DNA of 32,000 nt, taken from NCBI GenBank assembly GCA_022843095.1, contig JALHOH010000001.1, forward strand, positions 210,001 through 242,000. Reading direction: 5' to 3'. This document shows, piece by piece, positions 22,425 to 28,883 of the stretch (position 1 is the first letter of the stretch; each line of letters opens with the position of its first letter). A model generated the notes under the pieces. The model saw nothing but the letters and a program-made list of their open reading frames with translations, ran no database searches and had not been told where the DNA came from. The translations under genes were made by a program, and so were the position numbers. This DNA comes from Candidatus Saccharimonadota bacterium. GTDB lineage: Bacteria > Patescibacteriota > Patescibacteriia > 2-12-FULL-60-25.

Positions 22425-22886
22425 CTATTCACCCAGAATGACGACTTGAGGAGGCACGGAGGTGCTAATTGTGGCAGTATCGAGCTTCATGGCAGTCATG
22501 TGCGTCGGGGTGATCTCAAAAACAATGTAGTCGAGTCCACGCATCTGAAAAATCGGTGGCCAAAAATCCGGCATTGCCATGGCTTTTTTTGCAAGGAGCT
22601 CGAGCCAGTGATCCACTTCCGCGCCGCTGATTTCCTTGGCGGTTCCATGCCATTGGACATTCATTTCGTTCACCGCCCAGTGCACGCCACTCACGTGAGG
22701 ATTTTTGAGCAGGTCCTGTGCCTTACGGCTACTTCGATGGGTAGCGATATAAAAACGCGGCGTCGCCTCCATGACGTAGAGAACTACCGACGTATGCGGC
22801 ATGTTTTTTTCTGATCCGCAGGTACTGATGGTCATGAACGGCTGGCGTTCTAAAAAGCGGAGGACGAGCGAAGGGATGGCGGACAT
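22425..22886 (-). CDS. Pyridoxamine 5'-phosphate oxidase-like (split-barrel FMN-binding) family protein
   Basis: The translation reads MSAIPSLVLRFLERQPFMTISTCGSEKNMPHTSVVLYV...RFYIATHRSSRKAQDLLKNPHVSGVHW....VQWHGTAKEISGAE. This follows the PNPOx-family layout: substrate-free N-terminus, 'laT...g.P' strand, 'yf.t....K...l..np.v'. The longest ORF reaches 22934 but would run into the terminator hairpin at 22931-22952, so ATG 22886 is preferred. Confidence 0.6.
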   Translation of the reverse strand: MSAIPSLVLRFLERQPFMTISTCGSEKNMPHTSVVLYVMEATPRFYIATHRSSRKAQDLLKNPHVSGVHWAVNEMNVQWHGTAKEISGAEVDHWLELLAKKAMAMPDFWPPIFQMRGLDYIVFEITPTHMTAMKLDTATISTSVPPQVVILGE

Positions 22887-22930
22887 AGACGTTTCAAGTA
22901 TACACCCATCGACGCATGACGCGAACAAAA

Positions 22931-22956
22931 ACACCTCTTCAAGAAGAGGTGTTTTG
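22931..22956 (-). terminator. Rho-independent terminator downstream of the M23 peptidase gene
   Basis: A perfect 9-bp stem, ACACCTCTT (22931-22939) / AAGAGGTGT (22944-22952), closes a 4-nt loop. On the minus strand it is followed by TTTTTGTT. Confidence 0.8.
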
Positions 22957-22958
22957 TC

Positions 22959-24416
22959 TTATCGAGTGTAGGAAAGCGGGTTGACACGTTTTCCATTCAC
23001 GTACACTTCGTAGTGCAAGTGGGTCCCGGTGGATCGACCGGTGGTCCCAAGCATGGCGATCACCTGACCGCGCTTCACGACATCGCCTTTTTTCACGAAC
23101 AATTTGCTGGCGTGTGCGTAGCGGGTACGGAATCCGTTTCCGTGGTCAATCACGATTTGAAGACCGTATCCACCGCTATTCCATCCGGACGTTTCGACGA
23201 CACCGTCGTCAGAGGCATACAACGGATCGACATAGTCTCCATCGATGTCGAGACCCGTGTGTTTCCATCCGTAGTACTGGGTGATCACGCGTCCCGTGGT
23301 TGGCCAAAGCAGTTTCGTGGTGGGAACCGTGGTGTTGTCCGCCGGTTTTGGACGGGAATCCGTTTTAATGGTGTTCAGCTCCTGATATTTGTCGAAGTTT
23401 TTGTTGCGGATCGTTGCGCTGGACTGTGCTTCTGGACGCACGGCGATCGGTTTCGGCTTCGGCGGTTCAAGCGGAATGGCGCCCGGAAGAATGAGTTCTT
23501 CCCCAACCGCGAGGACCGCATCCGGAGCAAGGTGGTTCGCCGTTAAGATCTCATCCGCGTTGATCTTGTAGGCGCTGGCAAGTTTTTGCAGCGTATCGCC
23601 CTTCTTCACGGTGTGAAGAACACCTGAGACCGGAGGAATCTTGAGCGAATCACCGGGCTTCAGCACGCTTCGCATCGTCAGATTGTTGGCGGACGTGATG
23701 GTCCCGACCGTCACCTGGAAATGGCGTGCGATCGTTCCAAGCGTGTCGCCGGGCTGAATGGCGTACGTTTCCGTTTTCGTCCGTTGGACGTGGACATCCG
23801 TTTGCTCGCCGGGTTCAAGACCAGGAATCACGGCAATGGTCCCAGGAAGCTGTTCATCCGTCCCATAGTCTTCCATGGGTTCATAGTCGTAGTCGATGTC
23901 CGGCATGGCCTGAATCGTTTCCATCCCAAGATAGTGTGTATCTTTGGCGAACGTTTCGGGTTCAACCATTTCTTCAAAGGCGTCGACACGTCCATCATTC
24001 ACGATGGCGTAGAGCATGGTTTGCCGGCCTGCCTCCATGGCGGTCGCTTGGCGGGCATTCCATTGGCTAAAGGTCGTCGCGACCGACGCGATCAGGATGA
24101 CACTGTGAAAGATGTAGCGATTCGTGAACACCAAGAACAGGAGACCGCGTGCCGAGGCCAAGACGCGGCCGACGCGGATGCGAACCATCACCAGCGTTCG
24201 GTAAATTGGCAGCAAGACCCAGCGCGTGAACACGCGACCAATAAGTGAAAAAAACGGCGCGAGTGGTGCGGAAACGCGACGATACGCATGAAGACACCCT
24301 CCCAACCCTTTGAGGAAGGCGAAGGCGACTTTGTGGGCAAACCGTGAAAGTGGTGTAGGAATAGAGACCTCCCTGGCGGACACAGGTGTCATGCGTATTC
24401 CCATCTCTCGTTTCAT
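22959..24416 (-). CDS. Membrane-anchored LysM-LysM-M23 family metallopeptidase (peptidoglycan hydrolase)
   Basis: Two LysM units are present: YAIQPGDTLGTIARHFQVTVGTITSANNL and HTVKKGDTLQKLASAYKINADEILTANHL. The C-terminal M23 core reads HTGLDIDG...DDGVVETSGWNSGGYGLQIVIDHGNGFRTRYAHASKLFVKKGDVVKRGQVIAMLGTTGRSTGTHLHYEV. There is an N-terminal TM helix. Confidence 0.92.
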   Translation of the reverse strand: MKREMGIRMTPVSAREVSIPTPLSRFAHKVAFAFLKGLGGCLHAYRRVSAPLAPFFSLIGRVFTRWVLLPIYRTLVMVRIRVGRVLASARGLLFLVFTNRYIFHSVILIASVATTFSQWNARQATAMEAGRQTMLYAIVNDGRVDAFEEMVEPETFAKDTHYLGMETIQAMPDIDYDYEPMEDYGTDEQLPGTIAVIPGLEPGEQTDVHVQRTKTETYAIQPGDTLGTIARHFQVTVGTITSANNLTMRSVLKPGDSLKIPPVSGVLHTVKKGDTLQKLASAYKINADEILTANHLAPDAVLAVGEELILPGAIPLEPPKPKPIAVRPEAQSSATIRNKNFDKYQELNTIKTDSRPKPADNTTVPTTKLLWPTTGRVITQYYGWKHTGLDIDGDYVDPLYASDDGVVETSGWNSGGYGLQIVIDHGNGFRTRYAHASKLFVKKGDVVKRGQVIAMLGTTGRSTGTHLHYEVYVNGKRVNPLSYTR

Positions 24417-24480
24417 CCGGGGAATACGGACCGTTCTGCGGACGCGTTAGAACTGCAATACACGAGTTTTGGTGATTGGT

Positions 24481-24509
24481 ATCCTATCGTGAAGGGGTTT
24501 TTTTGTCAA
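24481..24509 (-). promoter_or_regulatory. Candidate sigma70-type promoter for the M23 peptidase gene
   Basis: On the minus strand there is TTGACA (plus coordinates 24504-24509), a 17-nt spacer and TAGGAT (24481-24486), about 65 nt upstream of ATG 24416. Confidence 0.35.
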
Positions 24510-24541
24510 TGGATAAAGTCTATTTTTTACGTAAAACTACG

Positions 24542-26053
24542 TCATTTAGCTGTGGGTTGTTGCCGATAACGGAGGGCTTCGGCGATGTGTCCGGCAAGGA
24601 TGGTCGGAGAGCCGGCAAGATCCGCAATCGTCTGTGCGACTTTGAGTACGCGGACATACCCGCGCCCACTAAGCCGATAGGCCTCCATGGCTTTTTTGAG
24701 CAAGGTCAAGGCAGCGGTTTCTAGATGTGTGGTTTGTTCGAGGATAGACGTGGTGAGCTCTGCATTGGTTGTGAGGTGAAACGGACGAAGGCGACGAAGC
24801 GCGCGCTCGCGGGCAGTGGCGATGCGGATTCGAACGTCTGCGCTTGTTTCTGGGGCTGTTTTTGCCTGAAAGGCGTCTGCATCTACGCGCGGGACGGCGA
24901 CGACCAGATCGATCCGATCAAGGAGTGGGCCGGAGATTTTGCGTTCGTATTTTTGGCGTTCTTGAGCCGAGCAACGGCAGGTGCGCGTGGGGTCTGTGGC
25001 AAATCCGCAGGGACAGGGGTTCATGGCGGCAACGAGTTGAAAGCGCGCAGGGAAGGTCATGCGTTCTTGCGTGCGAGCGATCGAGACGACTCCGTCTTCC
25101 AGGGGTTGTCGAAGCGCTTCAAGGACGGCGCGGGAACATTCCGGGAGTTCATCCAAAAACAAGACGCCTCGGTGTGCGAGCGTTACTTCACCGGGACGCG
25201 GGATTGTTCCTCCGCCCGTCATCGCGCTTGCACTGGTGTGGTGATGTGGCGCGCGAAACGGTGGCATCCGATGGATGAGCGGCGGCGAGGAGAGCGCGAT
25301 GGAGTGGATGCGAGTGACTTCGAGTACTTCTTCTGGAAGAAGAGGAGGAAACAGAGACGGGATACACCGCGCGAGCAGTGTTTTTCCTGATCCGGGTGGA
25401 CCGGAAAGCAAAAGATTGTGTCCTCCGGCGACGGCGATCTCGACCGCGCGCTTCGCCTCGGTTTGTCCGCGCACATCCTCAAGGACGGGAGAAACGGAGG
25501 GCGCAGGGAGTGACTCTTCCGTGGGGGGAGGAATTGGGGCAAGGAGACGACGTTGTAAAAAATGATCGACGAGATCCGCTAGACGTTCCACTGGAAATAC
25601 CCGGACATCTGGAAGGAGCGCGGCTTCATGCGCTTGGGAGGCGGGGATATATAGGGAGGTGACTCCGCCGGCGCGTGCGGCAAACGCCATCGACAGCGCC
25701 CCTCGAACCGGGAGCACGGTTCCATCTAACCCGAGTTCACCTACAAGCAACGACGGTTCTTTGCATTGCGGGAGAGCGCCTTGTGCTTGTAGTAATGCGA
25801 TCGCAATGGGGAGATCGTAGCCCGTCCCGATTTTTCGGACATGCCCGGGGGCAAGGTTTACGGTGACGCGTGCACGGGGAAACGGAAGATCCCCATGTCT
25901 GAGTGCGCTTCGGATACGCTCGCGGGCTTCTTGCACGCTTGCATCCGGCAGACCTACAAGTGTCACCTGCGGAATCCCGGGTGAGACATCGACCTGTACG
26001 TCGACGAGCACGGCTTCGAGACCGGTGAGTGCGGCGGTAAAGAGAGAGGGCAT
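24542..26053 (-). CDS. yifB: YifB/ComM-family Mg-chelatase-like AAA+ ATPase
   Basis: The N-terminal Lon-protease-like domain reads VDVQVDVSPGIPQVTLVGLPDASVQEARERIRSAL. The Walker A motif is LLSGPPGSGKTLLA and the Walker B motif is VLFLDELPE. The family-typical Cys cluster CPCG....P...CRCS is present. The family-typical N-terminus begins at MPSLFTAALTG (ATG 26053); the longest ORF reaches 26131. The stop is TGA. Confidence 0.93.
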   Translation of the reverse strand: MPSLFTAALTGLEAVLVDVQVDVSPGIPQVTLVGLPDASVQEARERIRSALRHGDLPFPRARVTVNLAPGHVRKIGTGYDLPIAIALLQAQGALPQCKEPSLLVGELGLDGTVLPVRGALSMAFAARAGGVTSLYIPASQAHEAALLPDVRVFPVERLADLVDHFLQRRLLAPIPPPTEESLPAPSVSPVLEDVRGQTEAKRAVEIAVAGGHNLLLSGPPGSGKTLLARCIPSLFPPLLPEEVLEVTRIHSIALSSPPLIHRMPPFRAPHHHTSASAMTGGGTIPRPGEVTLAHRGVLFLDELPECSRAVLEALRQPLEDGVVSIARTQERMTFPARFQLVAAMNPCPCGFATDPTRTCRCSAQERQKYERKISGPLLDRIDLVVAVPRVDADAFQAKTAPETSADVRIRIATARERALRRLRPFHLTTNAELTTSILEQTTHLETAALTLLKKAMEAYRLSGRGYVRVLKVAQTIADLAGSPTILAGHIAEALRYRQQPTAK

Positions 26054-26123
26054 AGCGTCTCTTGTACTACGTTGCATGCCTTGGATGCGTTGTCTAGTGG
26101 GCGGGGTTCGGGTAGGGTGTCCG

Positions 26124-27257
26124 ATGAACATGGATGGAGATATTCAGGTAATGGTGTCTCGAGAAAGCGCCATCCTGGCGTATGGAACGTCAGGCGGGCG
26201 CATCCGAGGACGTCTGCTCGCGATTGCGGCCGTTGTGGTTTGCATCGTTTTTGGTATGGGCGTAGCGCTGTTTCTAGCTTGGCCGTTGCGCGAGCCGGTG
26301 GGCCTTGTGTTCATGACGCGCTGGACACGCGCGCAAGCGCAGGCGGTTTTGTCACCCGAGGTACGTGAGGCGCTTCCGGCACTTTGGAAAGAGGCGCTTG
26401 CGCGAGACACGCGATTGCCGATGACCTTTGGTCTTTTGGAACAGGAAGGGGTGCGACGCCCGTTTGTTCTGGTGCCTCGTTGGCAGCAGAGTGGTTTTAC
26501 ACACGGTCAAACCCGTCAGGTGGTGGGTGGATGGGCGTTGATCGCAGAGGAACAACCTGAAGAGGCCGTAGAAACCCGGTTCTATCCGCTTTGGACGGCG
26601 CCCTCACAGGGGATTTGGTTCCGTTCCGATGTAGGAACAAGTACGGCGATGGTCTTTCGTTGGAAAGAGGGGATCTGGCGAAGCGGGGTAGAGATGGAGG
26701 CGGGTTCGGAATTGCGGCCGAAGCAGACGGATCTAAGCGTTGTGTTTTCCAAAGAGCAGGCCGAAGGGTTGGATTTTTTAGAGTCGCTTTCCGGGTTTCC
26801 AGTCCGTCCTCGGGATATTTGGGCACCCCCGTTTATCGTGAGTCTCGGTTGGGGAGAGGCGAGCGGGCGACCATCGTTTGAATTGGCGTATGAAGACCCA
26901 CTCCCATCCCTGAATAGATCCGCAGTGTTGGGATCGCTTGGGGTTGGGGAATCGGTAGCGCTCGAACTACCGGATGGATCGTTCGTACGCGAATGGCGAC
27001 TTCCAACCTCAACGGTGTCTGGGGAGGTGACGAGTACCCGCTATTTTGTCTCGGACCAGTTGTTGCAGTTTCCCAATCAAGAGGGGGTGCGTCGCCCGGA
27101 GGTTATCGGGTGTGATGGGTTGCACCCGTATACCCGAGCATCTGGGAAGGTCACGTCTCCCTATCTTGCCCGGTATTTCGGAACGGCAGAAGCGCGTTGG
27201 CCTGCGGTGCAGATCGGGGAGTCTGACGGGAAGTTGGGGTTCTGCTTTGAGCCATAA
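26124..27257 (+). CDS. Hypothetical protein with a single N-terminal membrane anchor
   Basis: The ORF 25863-27257 overlaps yifB antisense at its 5' end. The internal start MNMDGD (26124) precedes one TM helix (LLAIAAVVVCIVFGMGVALFLAW), which is followed by a ~330-aa Trp/Arg-rich domain. I recognise no family. Confidence 0.55.
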   Translation: MNMDGDIQVMVSRESAILAYGTSGGRIRGRLLAIAAVVVCIVFGMGVALFLAWPLREPVGLVFMTRWTRAQAQAVLSPEVREALPALWKEALARDTRLPMTFGLLEQEGVRRPFVLVPRWQQSGFTHGQTRQVVGGWALIAEEQPEEAVETRFYPLWTAPSQGIWFRSDVGTSTAMVFRWKEGIWRSGVEMEAGSELRPKQTDLSVVFSKEQAEGLDFLESLSGFPVRPRDIWAPPFIVSLGWGEASGRPSFELAYEDPLPSLNRSAVLGSLGVGESVALELPDGSFVREWRLPTSTVSGEVTSTRYFVSDQLLQFPNQEGVRRPEVIGCDGLHPYTRASGKVTSPYLARYFGTAEARWPAVQIGESDGKLGFCFEP

Positions 27258-27260
27258 GAC

Positions 27261-27326
27261 TTATGCACAGCATGTGGATAAGATTAATCCACAGCGAGTT
27301 TTAGCCAAAAAAATGGCATATCCACA
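27261..27326. promoter_or_regulatory. Cluster of four phased DnaA-box-like 9-mers
   Basis: The boxes are TTATGCACA (27261-27269, fits TTATNCACA), TGTGGATAA (27273-27281, the perfect box on the opposite strand), TAATCCACA (27285-27293, 8/9) and ATATCCACA (27318-27326, 8/9). Start-to-start spacings are 12, 12 and 33 bp. The cluster begins 4 nt after the upstream stop codon. Confidence 0.45.
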
Positions 27327-27865
27327 CCGGAAGATTGCGAGAAGGGAAAAATATGCTACAGTGTAAGTACGCACCTTTTCTCCCGAGTCATCGGGAATAG
27401 CGTACTTTCTAAGGCAGTGAAGCAACGAACGGTTGCCACTTCCTGTGCGTACTCTCTGTTGGTTTGTTCGATTCTCGTTTGTTCGCCGCTCACGCGGTGA
27501 GTGCACCTTAAGATTGCTCGGGACCGATGCCGATCTGTTGCTCCGCCCTCGTGCGTTTGAGCACTCCATGAGTTTCATTCTCATGTGGAGATGGGTATCG
27601 ATTCCATCTATCAACTCCGTTCATTCTTTGTGTCATTCATTGCGTTTACGCAGTGATGCACATGACAAAACACATCAATCCCAAATACCTTTGGCATGGG
27701 CCTATTTTATCGTACCCTCGTGGTCGATCAGGTCGTCTGCCATGAATGGGGTAGATGGAGCAATTCTGGATTCTGTGGAGCGCCTCGGCGTTCCCTCGCT
27801 CATAATCGTCCTTGTCACGTTGTGCCTACGGGTAGAGCTCGCCTGAGTTCCCCAACCGGTCTTCG

Positions 27866-27985
27866 ATGACGAAACCGATAACGAGCGGATGGATCCACTC
27901 TCTCGAAGCGTCACATGCGCCCAAAAACTTCTTTGCGGGCGTCCTCTGTGGCGCTTTCGTATTTCTTGTGAACCGCGCCTCCTGA
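27866..27985 (+). CDS. Very tentative 39-codon small ORF with a hydrophobic C-terminal half
   Basis: The translation is MTKPITSGWIHSLEASHAPKNFFAGVLCGAFVFLVNRAS. The ATG sits inside the hairpin CGGTCTTCG-ATGA-CGAAACCG, and the TGA stop (27983-27985) lies in the loop of the terminator. There is no Shine-Dalgarno sequence. Confidence 0.2.
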   Translation: MTKPITSGWIHSLEASHAPKNFFAGVLCGAFVFLVNRAS

Positions 27986-28000
27986 CAGGGCGCGGTTTTT
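27971..28000 (+). terminator. Rho-independent terminator-like hairpin immediately upstream of the DksA/TraR-type gene
   Basis: A 9-bp stem, AACCGCGCC (27971-27979) / GGCGCGGTT (27989-27997), closes a 9-nt loop. The T-run covers 27996-28000. Confidence 0.7.
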
Positions 28001-28022
28001 CGTGTATAGTGTGCCAAACACT

Positions 28023-28391
28023 ATGCTGACCAAAGAGTTTATTGCCGAGATGCAGGCACGGCTCGAGAAGGATAAGCGCCAGCTGGAAGCGGATCTTGCG
28101 GATTACGCGAACAAACAAAACGGGTCCTATCAAGCGGCCTATCCAGAATCTGGAGGCAACTCCGAAGATGATAATGCAAGCGAAATCACGGCCTACGCCG
28201 ATGAGGTGTCGCTCGTGGATCGCTTGGAGTCTGATTTGCGCGATACGGTGAAGGCGCTTGAATCTATCGAGAAGGGGACGTACGGCAAGTGCAAATACTG
28301 CGGACAAGAGATCGACCAGAAACGATTGGAAGCGCGTCCCGCTTCTTCCGCCTGCATCAGTTGCAAGAAGACGCTGACGCAAGAAATGTAA
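28023..28391 (+). CDS. DksA/TraR-family C4-type zinc-finger protein
   Basis: An N-terminal coiled coil (EMQARLEKDKRQLEADLADYA) is followed by a C-terminal zinc finger, CKYCGQEIDQKRLEARPASSACISCKK. ATG 28023 is preferred over the GTG at 28002. The stop is TAA at 28389-28391. Confidence 0.85.
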   Translation: MLTKEFIAEMQARLEKDKRQLEADLADYANKQNGSYQAAYPESGGNSEDDNASEITAYADEVSLVDRLESDLRDTVKALESIEKGTYGKCKYCGQEIDQKRLEARPASSACISCKKTLTQEM

Positions 28392-28393
28392 CC

Positions 28394-28861
28394 ATGCTTT
28401 CGCAGACATCGCGACTAAGTGGGATTGGGGCGGCATTCTTCGGAGTTGCCGCTCTTTTTGCGGATCTTGCCACCAAGGCCTGGGCATTTGGGATTTCATC
28501 ACCTGAATTGGACTGGCGATTTCAGGGGATTCTGACCTGGACGCATCATCGCAATATGGGGATCACGGCGAATATTCCCGTCCCGTTGCCGTTGATCCTT
28601 GCATTTACGTTGTTTGTCCTGGGTTACGCCGTGAAAGAGTTACGGCAAGCGATTCTACGGGAAGATTGGATCAAGGCTCTGCTGCTTGGGCTCTTGATCG
28701 GGGGCGCGTGCGGTAATTTGTTTGATCGCGTGTATTACGGACATGTACGCGATTGGATTTTGCTCTTTGATCGCTCGGCGATGAACATTGCGGATTTTTG
28801 CATACTGATCGGATTGATCGGGCTGCTGCGCTCGACGAACACACAAAAAAACCCGGCGTGA
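28394..28861 (+). CDS. lspA: Lipoprotein signal peptidase (signal peptidase II)
   Basis: The motifs DLATK, HRNMGI, LIGGACGNLFDRVYYGHVRDWI and MNIADFCILIG are in family order across four TM segments. The ATG lies 2 nt after the upstream stop. The longest ORF (28289) overlaps the upstream gene. Confidence 0.88.
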   Translation: MLSQTSRLSGIGAAFFGVAALFADLATKAWAFGISSPELDWRFQGILTWTHHRNMGITANIPVPLPLILAFTLFVLGYAVKELRQAILREDWIKALLLGLLIGGACGNLFDRVYYGHVRDWILLFDRSAMNIADFCILIGLIGLLRSTNTQKNPA

Positions 28862-28876
28862 GCCGGAGTTTTTTTG
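28850..28876. terminator. Bidirectional terminator between convergent lspA and pnp
   Basis: The sequence is AAAAAAA-CCCGGC-GTGA-GCCGGAG-TTTTTTT. A 5-bp GC stem (28853-28857 / 28862-28866) closes a GNRA-type loop, flanked by A7 and T7 runs. Confidence 0.7.
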
Positions 28877-28883
28877 GTGCCTG

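Larger units (their letters stand above)
27258..28022. other. ~740-bp region without a convincing protein-coding frame (possible ncRNA, long leader or replication-related region)
   Basis: The only ORFs here (27261-27614 minus, 27433-27846 plus, 27702-28502 minus) translate to Arg/Cys/Trp/Ser-rich sequence with no domain-like features. The region holds many local hairpins and ends in a plus-strand terminator at 27971-28000. Confidence 0.6.

Noticed and set aside
22332-22814. A 160-aa plus-strand ORF starts inside tRNA-Ala.
   Set aside because: It overlaps the tRNA and the terminator and is antisense to the PNPOx-like gene. It has no supporting motifs.
25863-26123. An 87-codon N-terminal extension belongs to the 464-aa ORF 25863-27257.
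   Set aside because: The extension overlaps the well-supported yifB gene on the opposite strand and is Arg/Ser/Cys/Thr-rich. The internal start at 26124 immediately precedes the TM anchor.
27564-27615. A tRNA-like element has a 6-bp stem with loop TTTCATT (an apparent UCA anticodon, Sec/opal-suppressor-like), followed by a T-arm-like hairpin GATGG-GTATCGATT-CCATC.
   Set aside because: No complementary acceptor stem or D-arm can be drawn. Position 37 is T rather than a purine, the T-loop is non-canonical, and there is no CCA context. TGA is used as a genuine stop in yifB and other genes here.
27748-27780. GGGGTAGATGGAGCAATTCTGGATTC shares the string ATTCTGGATTC with the 5' end of E. coli tmRNA.
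   Set aside because: There is no matching 3' acceptor strand or T-arm/CCA, and no plausible tag reading frame ending in an Ala-Ala stop within the next 400 nt on either strand. The match looks like chance.
27702-28502. A 266-aa ORF on the minus strand spans the non-coding island and the dksA-like gene.
   Set aside because: It is antisense to two well-supported genes (DksA/TraR-type and lspA). The sequence is Arg-rich with no motifs.
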